Below, one piece after another: positions 16,035 through 26,920 of a stretch of 36,850 nt of DNA (position 1 is its first letter; each line of letters starts with the position of its first letter). The notes under the pieces were generated by a model. The model was not told the DNA's origin. It saw nothing but the letters and a program-made list of their open reading frames with translations, and ran no database searches. The stretch lies in the NCBI GenBank assembly GCA_020536535.1, contig JAHLWZ010000087.1, positions 1-36,850 on the forward strand, written 5' to 3'. This stretch comes from Pelomyxa schiedti (taxonomy: Eukaryota > Protista > Evosea). The position numbers and the translations under genes were made by a program.

Positions 16035-17426
16035 ATGGTCGTTGGTGTCGGGGTGGTGATAGCGGTGGTTGTTGCAGTGAGCAGCAGCACTTATGGGGCA
16101 GCTGTGACATACAACAGCGCATGCGGAGAGCGAGCAGCCCACAACGGCACGACAGGGGAGGTTGGTGTGAGGTTCGTTGTGTACAGCGACTCGGTCGGGG
16201 GCAACGACGTACACAGGTACACCCAACCACCCACCCACACAATACGGTCAATTATGGGTGGGGCATACACACTGCGTAGGGAATTGATTGGGACTGTGCT
16301 GGGGCTGGACCCTGCTCCGGCATTTGTACTTCACTGTGGGGACAGCGTGGATGGGAGTGACGTAGACGGCGTGTGGGGTGATTTCTTCTCCATCATACAG
16401 CCGGCCTGCAACACTTATCCGTTTTTCATTACTATGGGCACGTTGTTGTGCTTGAGTATGCCTTTCCTGATTATTATGCAGGCAACCACGACGAGCCAAC
16501 CGATGCTTGGGCCGAGAGGATGTCCTCTGAGTTGTATGTAGTCGATTCTATCTTTTGAAGTAATTTTTCGGCAAGATATTACTCTTTTGACTGGGGGTTG
16601 TATATACACGTAATCGTTGTAAATACGTTGATCGATACGGATACTGGAAGTGCACAATACCAGTGGTTGCAGGAGGACCTTGCTTCTGCCTCTATGATGC
16701 CGCGTTGGGTCTTTCCTCTCAAAATCACTATTATATCTAACAGCGTAACAAACACCAATTCAGATTTTTGTTATACAGCACCACCCGCGGTATTCTACTG
16801 GCTACCACGGTTGCCAGCATAAAGTGGAAGCGTTTTCTGAATTGTATGCTACCTACAACGTTACTGCGGCTTTCCAAGGGTTGGAACATATGTAAAATAT
16901 TGTAGACCCTACCTCTAATTCCTGTTCAGGCATGATCACGGTTACGAGCGAATATTCCCACTGAATGGCTATCATTCTTTTGTTCTTGGAGGTGGTGGGG
17001 AGACCTTACGCAACCAAAAGTGGACAGATACCTGGAGTGCCAAATTTGTTAAAACCAACCACTTTCTGATTGTTGATATTGTCACCGAGGCATGTATTTC
17101 CATTCCCAACTACGCGAAAAGAAAAACAAAAAAAAAGAGAAAAACAACTCACTAACAAATCCCAGAACCACCTGATATTCACGGCTGTCAAACACAACGA
17201 CGCCAGCCAAGTGATAGAGACCCTGGAACTGGATAATGGGAAGCCCTATCTGTGGTATGGGGTGGAAGGCGGTGCATCCACCCACTGCCAATGCGATGAT
17301 TCCTGGAAACTACCCGTAGCCATCGTGGTCACAGCAGCAGTACCTCTGGCCTGTGTGATTCTAGCCATCCTAGTGGGCAAACTGTTCCAATCCCGCATCA
17401 TGTTCCCTTCCCCTGAAGACCCTTGA
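16035..17426 (+). CDS. Membrane-anchored calcineurin-like metallophosphoesterase (purple-acid-phosphatase-like)
   Basis: Signal peptide; YSDS, HCGDSVD, M|GNHD, HHPRYS, GHDHGYER, LGGGG motifs; C-terminal TM helix VAIVVTAAVPLACVILAILV. Confidence 0.85.
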
Positions 17427-17510
17427 AAATTAAACGAAGATCCTTCTTCGAAAGCACGATCGCACAAAAAAAAAACAACCAAACAACAGCAGCGGGGTGT
17501 GATCTGCGGG

Positions 17511-18256
17511 ATGCCGTTCTGCGGTAGTTGTGGGAGTAAAATAGCGGATGGGTCTCGGTTCTGCCCAGGGTGCGGTACCGCCGTGGGACCCGTTGGTCGC
17601 TTTTGTTCCTCGTGCAACAACAAGGTTATGGGATTGTCACAACACTAATAATAAACACTGACATATTCACAACCACCAAACAAACTAGCTCGCTGATGAT
17701 GCGCGATTCTGCCCTGTGTGTGGCACAGCAGCCGGGGGCTCGGCAGCCAAGCCCTCGTCCTCGTCCTCGTCGTCGTCGCCTAGTACTAGTGCCAGGGCGT
17801 CACCGTCGTCTACTACTTCATCGTCACCCTCTACAAGAAAAGGTTTCTCTTGCGTGTTACTACATCAATGAACTAACGGGCACCGTGTAACTCTGCACTA
17901 GTCGGTGGAACAACAGCCTCACAAACCACTTACCAGAAGTCCATTCACTATGCGAGTCCCGAGGTGAAGCCTGTTGGACCGGCATCGTCGGCCACTGAGC
18001 AGTATATACCTCCCTCTTATTTTCAACTCGTAACTGCCAAAAAAAAAGCTGCCCAGGGTGTGGAGGTGTAATTGGGGGAGGAGAGGAAAAGCTTGTTGTC
18101 ACAGGGAAGGAGTGGCATCGCACATGCTATCTATCAAGGGGATCGGGGTCTCCCACAGTCCCCGCTCGGGAAACAGGAGGGGGTGGTGCACTCAAGTGCA
18201 GCTTACCTGAGGCTACTTATGAGAGGCAACCGGACTGGGCCTTTGCTGAAAGGTAA
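17511..18256 (+). CDS. Double zinc-ribbon protein with a C-terminal single LIM-type finger
   Basis: MPFCGSCGSKIADGSRFCPGCG..FCSSCNNK|LADDARFCPVCG, a Ser-rich linker, then CPGCGGVIGGGEEKLVVTGKEWHRTC; three introns inferred. Confidence 0.75.
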
Positions 18257-18392
18257 CTAAGGAAAATGTAATCTAAGAACTAAGAAACGAAAAAACCGCG
18301 AAGTAATAAAGTGAGGAATTAAAGTAGCTATTAACGATGTACTAGGAGCAAGAATAAGTCTGGAAAAGGAGGACAATACAAGGATGGAATGT

Positions 18393-18733
18393 TTAGGTCC
18401 TAAAAATAGCGATATGTACCAAAAGAGAAAAAAGAGAAGTTACCTTGACTCCATTGTGTCACCCATTAAATCCTTTATTTCTTGAATGTGGAAGTGGTCA
18501 TCGTGCTTGTAGATTGTTGTATTTATTCTTCTTGCCGGCTTTTGGCCACATTGTTAGTACATTACTTTTTCCGGCATGAGTGACGCACCTCAAAGCATAG
18601 TACCACCTGGTCTTCCTTCCCACTTTCCGCAAGTACACACCCACACAAGAGAACAAGTCCATTTGCAGGTACACTTGTATACTCCTGGCCACAATCAGAC
18701 TGCGTCATTTTGGCCCACTGGATGGCACACTAC

Positions 18734-18800
<67 letters not shown>

Positions 18801-19055
18801 CATATATATATATACGTATATACATATATATATATACATATATATATATATACATATATATATACATATATATATATGCAATACATACATACGTACCATG
18901 AGTTTATTGATGGCACCCTGCAAGCACTGGCCCATCCTGAGCCTCTGTGACCGCGATTTTATGCAATGGACTGTGTCCGCGTCGCCCTGCACCATCCCCT
19001 TGACTCGCTGCAGGTCCCCGTCCACGGGCCGTATCGCAACTGACAGCACGTGCAT
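18393..19055 (-). CDS. Stand-alone eRF1 N-domain (domain 1) homolog, about 118 aa, with divergent stop-recognition motifs
   Basis: Exons 19055-18897, 18684-18589, 18538-18444, 18399-18393, all joined by GT-AG introns, with TACTAAC in intron 2. Product: [118 protein letters not shown]. Collinear with eRF1 from SMISLIIPP through TASNIKSR, VPPNGLV and FEPFKPINTSLYLCDNKFH. Confidence 0.85.
18731..18878. repeat. (TA)n microsatellite with TACA interruptions, inside intron 1 of the eRF1-N-like gene
   Basis: About 148 bp of tatata/tacata. Confidence 0.97.
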
Positions 19056-19158
19056 CCCCCCCCCCCTTTACCCCTACACTACTGCCCCTGCCAACCAGTC
19101 CATTCGCGGCACCGACTTCGAGGAAAAAATAAAAACCAACAGCCGACACCCTAACGCA

Positions 19159-20593
19159 ATGGCATGGGGAGGGGGCGACGACTACGGGTACGGAGGGTGG
19201 GGAGGGGGAGGGACAGGGGGACGTGGCAGGGGGTGGGGCGGGAGCGGAACGGGGAGGACGGGGACGGGGATGGGGATGGGGATGGGGATGGGGGGCAGCG
19301 GAGGAGGATGGTCGGGTACGGGTACGGGGATGGGGATGGGGATGGGGATGGGGATGCCGATGATGATGGGCGGGGGGGTGTCCACTGAGGACTGGGAGCT
19401 GGCGATGGCAATGGCTCAGTCTAAAAAGGAGTACGACGACCTACAGACCGTGAACGAGGCCGTGGAGGAATCCAACAAACTAGCTGACAGGGAGAGGTAC
19501 CCTACCGACGCCCCCCCTGCCCCCGCGTGTTGTGTCTATGCTGTAACAATTTACGTCGGTTGTATCTGGGGGTGTGCTTTGTGTGCCTCTATTGGACTAA
19601 ATCCAGGGGATAAAGGCGCAGGAAAGAGGGACACGCTTCATCGAGACCCAGGAGAGTGGAGTGCGCAATGGGCGTGAATCAGAGGATGCTGGGCAGGGTT
19701 AATGCCTGTACTTTTTACTCCATTGGCTTTCTGCAAAAAGTACCCACCCCAACATACCATTGAAAATATCCGTAATAATAACCCCAAGTAAAACTCAAGA
19801 TAGGCTCTCATGTTAACAAACTCTAGTGAGATTAACGGCGAGTGGCTATTAGAGGTATCGATCCACCACTACTACGCTTTTCTTAATGTGCATAGCTTCT
19901 ACAAGTACCAGGAATCGATATTCCAGGTAATATTTCACTTAGTTTTTTCCCTAATAAAGGTACAGAGGGAAATCGCGAACATCCCGATGCCATTCAAGTC
20001 ATTCAAAGAGAACTAGGAGGCGCTCTGTACCCAGTCGATACAAGCGGCACCAGAGCAATGGATGCCGTCATGGTATCAACTCATCTACCAGGCACTTCTG
20101 CCCGAAGCTCCGGTGTCACAGCAAACGCTCTGGGTGAATTGATATGCCCTCCTCTTTTGGATGTCCTCAATTCCGAAATGCAAAAGGTATTCCCCCAAAG
20201 CACAAACCCCACAACAGCCCACGTCTCTGACCCCACACACAGGAGAACATCTTCGGCGGGCTTCTTCTAAACGGCACGGAAACCTTTGCGTTCTGTAAAC
20301 TACCCCAGTCGGCCAGCAACCCGACGGCGTGCCTTGTGCTGTTCGACCCGCACGGGGATGCTACGCAAACGGAGCCCGCGTTCTGCAACATCTGGGAGAA
20401 CCTCGGCGCGGGCTCCCTGGGCCTGGCTGACTTTGTGGATGAGCGCAGCAGTGTGCAGGTATCACTCATAGGCGGGACCATTGACTTGGTTCTACTGGCC
20501 AGGCCCTCAGTCCCCAGGCCATCACCACCACCACCCACAACAACACCCTCGACTGCAACAGCATCACCAAACACCAACGACAAGAAGGACTGA
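19159..20593 (+). CDS. UIM-containing viral-tegument-like deubiquitinase (VTD / peptidase C76-like)
   Basis: Gly/Met/Trp-rich N-terminus, [20 protein letters not shown]. Spliced catalytic region [20 protein letters not shown] (Cys codon 19707-19709) and [27 protein letters not shown] (FDPH at 20342-20353). Confidence 0.7.
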
Positions 20594-20776
20594 CACCCTC
20601 GCTCTCATTCTCAATGTAACTCCCAACATCAAATAAAACGATTGATTTTCGCTTTTTGTTTGAAAAAGTGTTCTTCCTGTAATAAGAAAAAACGAAAGAA
20701 GTATCTCGTTGTGTCGCTACTCCGTAGCCCCCTCCTTGTATAACACGTATAACGCCGCTATAAATTATAAATCCCA

Positions 20777-23700
20777 ATGGTATGACGTCCCGCCTTTTTT
20801 TTTATTTTTGTTGTTGGTTTTTTGTGTCGAATTAATTATGCCTTTTGTACCGTTGTGCCTGACACTAGTATCAGAAGAAACAACAAGCGCGAGGGGGGTC
20901 AGGCTCCCGATCGCGATCGCGGTCGCCACAGAGCCGCTCGCATTCTCGATCACCGTCTCGTTCTCGTTCTCGTTCTCGTTCTCGCTCTCGTTCGCGGTCA
21001 CCCGCCGCCAGATCTCCATCCCGCTCACGATCCAGATCCCGATCCAGGTCTAGGTCTGTATCGAGGTCGGGATCAGGATCCGGCAAACAGATGGCAGGCA
21101 AAGTTACGAAGGCTGTCAGCACCGCTGTATCCTCTGGCAAAAAACTAGCCTGGTCACGTTCCCCATCCCCACGGTCACGGTCACGCTCACGGTCACGGTC
21201 TAGATCAAAGACTCCTTCCCGATCCCGATCTCGCTCACGCTCAAGGTCCAAGTCAGGGTCAGGGTCACAACCCCGGCGTGACAGAGACAGGAAAATCGAG
21301 CACAAGTCGAATGGCTCACGCAGTAGCTCCGGGGGTGCTGCTGCTGCTGGGGGAAAATTGAAGTGGTCCCGCTCTAGGTCCCCTTCAAAGTCTCGCTCTC
21401 GCTCTCGCTCTCGCTCTCGTTCTCGTTCTCCGGCTGCTTCTCCACCCAAGAATTCTAAGAATTCTACAGCGGCCCCGGCAGCACCCAAGGTTCTGGGACC
21501 ACCCTCAACGCCGCCTCCACCGANNNNNNNNNNNNNNNNNNNNNNNNNNNNNNNNNNNNNNNNNNNNNNNNNNNNNNNNNNNNNNNNNNNNNNNNNNNNN
21601 NNNNNNNNNNNNNNNNNNNNNNNTCTCGCTCTCGCTCTCGTTCTCGTTCTCCGGCTGCTTCTCCACCCAAGAATTCTAAGAATTCTACAGCGGCCCCGGC
21701 AGCACCCAAGGTTCTGGGACCACCCTCAACGCCGCCTCCACCGAGTAATGTGACTGCTGGACCCCCCAGCGGGCCACCACCACGGAGTGCCGGTGGGCCT
21801 CCTTCAACACCCGCACCAAAGGCACCAAAGCAAACTGCCGGCACGCATAGAGCACCATCGCCTCCAGCTGGTGGCAGTGGTGGCGTGGCTGGTGACTCGC
21901 CAACTTCATCTGTTGTGGTTCATAGCAGAGGCAACAGCCCTGCACGAAAAGCCAATCGCAGGAGTGGGAGTAGGACGCCGAGCAAGAGTAGAAGCCGGTC
22001 AAGGCGTAGGAGCAGAAGTAGAAGTATCAGTCGGCGTGGCAGTGTGAGCAGAAGCAGAAGTAGGAGGAGCTTGAGTGGGAGCAGAAGGAGCAGAAGTCAA
22101 GGAGCCTCTATTCGAAGTGGAAGGATAAGCAGGAGCAGAAGTAGGAGTAGAAGCGGGAGTTGGAGAAGCAGAAGCCCAAGGAGTCGAAGCATAAGTAGAA
22201 GTAGAAGTATAAGCAGGCCCAGAAGTAGGAGTGCAAGTTGGAGAAGTCGCTCGGCAAGTTGGCGAAGCGGCAGTGGCAGTGGTTCCTACAGGTCTCGGCG
22301 GTATGAAGACAGAGATAGAGATAGGCGCAGTACAACTAGCTCTGTTAAATTTGCGGCCTATGCCCTCAGCCATGGCAAGGTTCCAGAAAAAAAATTAATG
22401 GCCGAAACTGCAGGAATCCAGCTAAAAGAGTCTCTCTCTGTATGTGTTTTGTCATACTTTTTTTCCAGCTGATCCTTTTGAAGAAGCAACAAGTACTTGA
22501 TGAAACAAAGTTTTCTGAACAATGGGCAGTCAAACCTTCTGGATACAAGCCGCCAAAGTACAAAAAGGGGACTGGCTTTGGTTTTCAGCCTGTTCATCCA
22601 CTTGAGAACCCCCCAGGAAAGTGGTTGCAGTACTTCCTTCCCAGTTTTTTCTGCATTGCCATGTCCTTTGCAGCTTTGTCAATCGTTTGGTACAAAATGC
22701 ATGAAGTTTGGTCCGATATTCCAGCTGGAATAGCTCACGCCATTGCCATCGCAGCCGCTGTTTTATTAGTTGCAACTTGTGTAGTCTCTGGTTCTAGGCT
22801 TTTCCTTCACCCAAGGTATGATCCTGCTGTATCCAACCAAAATTGTTAACTGGAATATATCAAGGGTTGTTTGGGCTGAGTTTTTCCATCACATGAAAGG
22901 AAATTTCTATTGTTCCATCGCAATAACCATCCTGCTATTATCTGTTGCATCTTCTAATGCAGATGTCAGGAATATGGCAATTGTTCTCTGGGTAAACTTT
23001 TTTTTTTTGTAATATCTTCCTTTGACATGCAAGTGTAGACTATTGCTGTTGCCATTCATCTTCCTCATTCACTTTTTATTATTGGAAGGTGGTTTACAGC
23101 ACCACAAACTAGACTCACTGACTGTAGCCCTGCTTGTTTCCTACCCGTTGGTATGTTGAATTCGAGTGAAAATTTCCTTTATACTTCCCTGTTCACCCTT
23201 TTCCAGTCGGGAATCTTATGGCTGCCTATGCCGGCGCAGAAATTGGCATTAGGCATCTCTCGTGGCTTTTTTATTCTGCTGGCATCATTTTCTGGTTTAT
23301 TGTGCTCACAATTTTCTTTGTGCGGCCTACATTCTACCAAACAAACTTTTCTTATAAATCCTCAGGTCAATCTTCTTCAGACAAGGCTTGGATCCATTTC
23401 CCTCGTCCCAGTTATATTCTTGCTCATGCCGCCGGCGGCCATTGCCGGTGTTGCTTACAACTCTCTTGAGGGACCTGGCTCGTTTTTCAAGTTTGGTGTG
23501 TTTGTATCTTTCTTCATGCTGTTGCTTCTTGGCAGACTAACCCTTGTGTGGGTGAGGGTATGAACCCTGCATACTCGCTATGAGTTTCCATTGGCTAACC
23601 AAATTCGTCAGGCACCTTTCACACCCAATTGGTGGACAGTTGTTTTCGCACTTGAAACAGTTGCCATAGCCGCCGGTTTGTTGGGCAATCTTCAACGGAA

Positions 23701-23958
23701 TTACCTAAATTTTCTCCAGGTGACTGGGCCCTCTATGTTATGGCAACCAATGATGCCGCCGCTGCGCTTGCATCCTCTTCCTCCTCGGGCATAACTATAG
23801 AGCATGTTGATGAAGTAGCGGCCAGAATATGGCTTGGCTTGAACCTTGTTCTATCCATGATCTCCCCGATCACAGTCTGTATCTGGACTGTTCTGACTGC
23901 TGTGAGGCACAAACTGTTCATTATGGATGAAATGGACTTGGAGGTTGGCAAGGCGTAA
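20777..23958 (+). CDS. SLAC1/TehA (TDT-family) anion channel with a very long RS-repeat N-terminal domain
   Basis: ATG-only first coding exon (20777-20779), roughly 450-500 aa of RS/Pro-rich sequence spanning a gap, then the TDT core: LQYFLPSFFCIAMSFAALSIVW, PR|VVWAEFFHHMKGNFYCSIAI, SPACFLPV|VGNLMAA, FLLMPPAAIAG, PFTPNWWTVVFALET. Confidence 0.75.
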
Positions 23959-24001
23959 AGTAATGGACGAACCACACCAATGTACAAAGAAAAAAAATGT
24001 T

Positions 24002-26868
24002 TTACTGTGTTAATTTTGTTTTGCCTTTGCCTCTAAAACAGTACTTTTTGAAGGTGAGGTTCAATCGAGCACCAACGAGTGGGTCTGGTAAGTTCTCATT
24101 GAATCGAACTTTGAATTTTCCAGATGATTTCCCAAAAGTACTATCAATGACCCCTTGCCGGGCTACAATAATGGTTAGGTTAAAAAATAGGTGTTGAGGC
24201 CGCACGTGGCGTTGTAGTGAGTGTAATTTTCAACCCAAGAAATACTTCTGGGTTAGTTTCTTTCTTGAACAGGTTCTTACCAACTAAGGTCCGTTGATCA
24301 ATTATCTGTATTGCAATTATTATCTGTATTATGTGAGGAGTTGAGAGAAATATACCCTGTCGATAGAGCCAACTTTGGTCTTGGAGTGGAAAATGTTGAG
24401 TTGTTCCTTCCGCAGATTAATTACCGGCCGAGTATTATCTGCTGTTGACTGGGAAGCTGAAGTGGAAGTTGTTGCAGGTACAAGTGAAGTGGAAGATGCA
24501 GAGGGGGGTGGATTTGGGGAAGGTTTGGTGGCACTAGGTTTCTGTTGTAAAGTTTTATTTGGAGGTGCCTTGGGAGTAGCTGCAGGGCCGGACGGTGGTT
24601 TTGCGGCAGTACTTGGCTTAACAGTGGTGGTTTGTGAAGCATCAGCAGTTGTAGAAGTATCGGAACTCGCGATATCAACTGCCTGCAGTATGTGCCCATG
24701 AAAGGCTAGTCTGCACATATTCTTATCTGTGAGATATGAGTATGTTTCGATCATAGTGCAAGAAGGGAAAGTAAGCAAACTTATATCTGTATCCATTCGA
24801 GAAGCAATAAATATCGAATTGACAGGGATGAGAATTGGTTGCTCAAACTCAAGTAACGCGAAGTAAGTCAAGAAAGTAGGGGATTGCTGAGAAACTGTTG
24901 AGGTTGTTGTAGTGGTATTCTTGTTGCTTGTAGTTGGTGTTGGAGTAGCCTTGCTTTGACCTATCCCGGGAATTAGTGACACGTATTCGTATTCACTCCT
25001 TGGATCGAATTGGCCTGTAAGACTGTCAAGAAAAAAAGGGAAAAATGAAGCCAGTACTCTGGGAGTTGGACCCAAAGAACGTGACGGTTGCCAGAACGGT
25101 GGTATGTGCAACAGTAACTTCAAGAATGAGCGAGGATCAACATGACCCAAAAAATACCATGAAACTTCGATCCAGTAGTCAGCTCTTGTTTATAGTACGG
25201 CACCTTATTAACAGAGACAATGGCAGCAGGGAAAAACTGGGTGGTATTGGGCGAACAAACTAAGCCTCGCTCTAGCAAGTTAGCATCAAATTGTGGGAGG
25301 CAGACACCAACTCTGTGTATATAAATATCAGAAAGTTTAGGAAAGTGATACCTGTCTCCAACGGCTGCACTTTGAACTGGCTTGTGGAAGACTTGTATTG
25401 ACTTCACTTTGCGCTTCAGGGTGAGCATTGGTACTTCGACTGTCTCATTTACTTGGACGGTTCCTACGAAATGTATTCGTCAGCTCATAGAGAGATTTAG
25501 GTTCACCTACCTCTGAGAATAGTTCCTGTCATCACTGTTCCTTGGCCTTTTACCTGGAAGCAATGATCAACGGCCATTAAAAAGGGAGCAGCTAAAGTCT
25601 GTTGCAAAATTAATACTGGAGATTACAAGGCGTCATGAGACCTTGGTCCTATTCTGTAAAAGTTCGGCATCCACAAACTTCAATAGATGCTGTTTCAAGT
25701 TTTCCAGACCATCAATGTTTGAGCTTGTGGAGGCTAAACGGTATTAGTGGTAAAACACAATATAAAAATGTTGACCTGGATCAGTACTACGTGGAGCTGC
25801 ACTGAGAGGAATTATAGAACATCCAGAGAAGGGAGTGACAGCAAAAGTCTTTTCGAGACGGATTTTCATCTTAATACCGCTTAGGTGAACCTGAAAGAAA
25901 GAAAAAAAAAAAAACCTTTTCAACTGAGGATGCCCGGATTTCAGAAGGTAGTAAATCAACTTTATTTAGCGCAACTACTAGCTTTTTTGTGGCAATCGAG
26001 CCTATAACCAGTCCCTTTTGAGTTGACAATAGTTATAACACCTAATTCCTTATGCAATTCAACCTCTGAAGTTTGTGTTTGAATGCCTTTGATCACGTCA
26101 ATAACAAGGATCATCATATCCATAATCTGTGAACCGCCAATGATTGTGCGAATTAGAGAGGCATGACCTGGGCAGTCCACCAAGGTAAACTGCACTTGAC
26201 TGTATTCTAACACAGTTTATCAATTAACAAACAAGGAGAATACTAGAATGAGAAGAAATATGGCCATCAAAAAAAAATACCAGGGAATGGAGAAGGCATC
26301 ATGAAAGCAGAGAACCCCAAATCCAGAGTGATTCCCCTCTGTGCGCTCTGTGGACTTTTATCGAAGGCGGCAGTAGATGCCTCGCTACTCAGTGCCTTTG
26401 CTACCCAGCCAGGTCAGGCAACGTTAATATGGCCACCCCACCTTCCAAATCCACAACCCAATCACATGCACGTTACATACCCAACGAAGTCTTGCCCGAG
26501 TCAATGTGGCCCAGCACCCCCACGTTCACATTCAACACCCTCCCTGTCCCCCCTGTCCCCGTGGCCGCCGCCCCTCCTCCTCCTCCTCCACCGCCACCGC
26601 CCCCCTGTGGCCCCACAACCTGCTCCACCGTTGTCCCTGTACTACTACTACTACTACTACTACTGCTGGTACTGGCAGCAGCAGTGCTCGTTGCAGCCGC
26701 AGTGCTTGGTGACGTGGCGGGGGTGACCGTGGCCGTGGGTGCCACGGTGGCAGGAAGTGGTTGTGGTGGTGGCGCCGTGCACCCTGTACTACCACTAGTA
26801 GCAACGGTACAGGTTCCCTCGGTTCCCTCCCCCACTGTACCACTTGTCACTGGCTCCTTGTCACCCAT
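24002..26868 (-). CDS. EEFSEC: Selenocysteine-specific elongation factor eEFSec
   Basis: NVNVGVLGHIDSGKTSL|AKALS..STAAFDKSPQS..RGITLDLGFS, FTLVDCPGHASLIRTIIGGSQIMD, AVDHCFQVKGQGTVMTG, VKSIQVFHKPV..GDR|VGVC, CRLAFHG, GVIDSTFGKSSGKFKV, LTFKKY. Confidence 0.95.
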
Positions 26869-26920
26869 CAAATTCGTGGAAATGGAACCCCCTCTTATCT
26901 AATGTTAGCAATGGAGGGGT

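Noticed and set aside
18576-18950. YIYIYI.. ORFs on both strands
   Set aside because: Translations of the TA microsatellite. Only the first 53 codons of ORF 18705-19055 are coding (eRF1-N-like exon 1).
21405-21743. About 120-bp direct repeat flanking the N gap in the RS region
   Set aside because: Identical sequence on both sides of a 100-N gap indicates unmerged overlapping contig ends, not a biological repeat.
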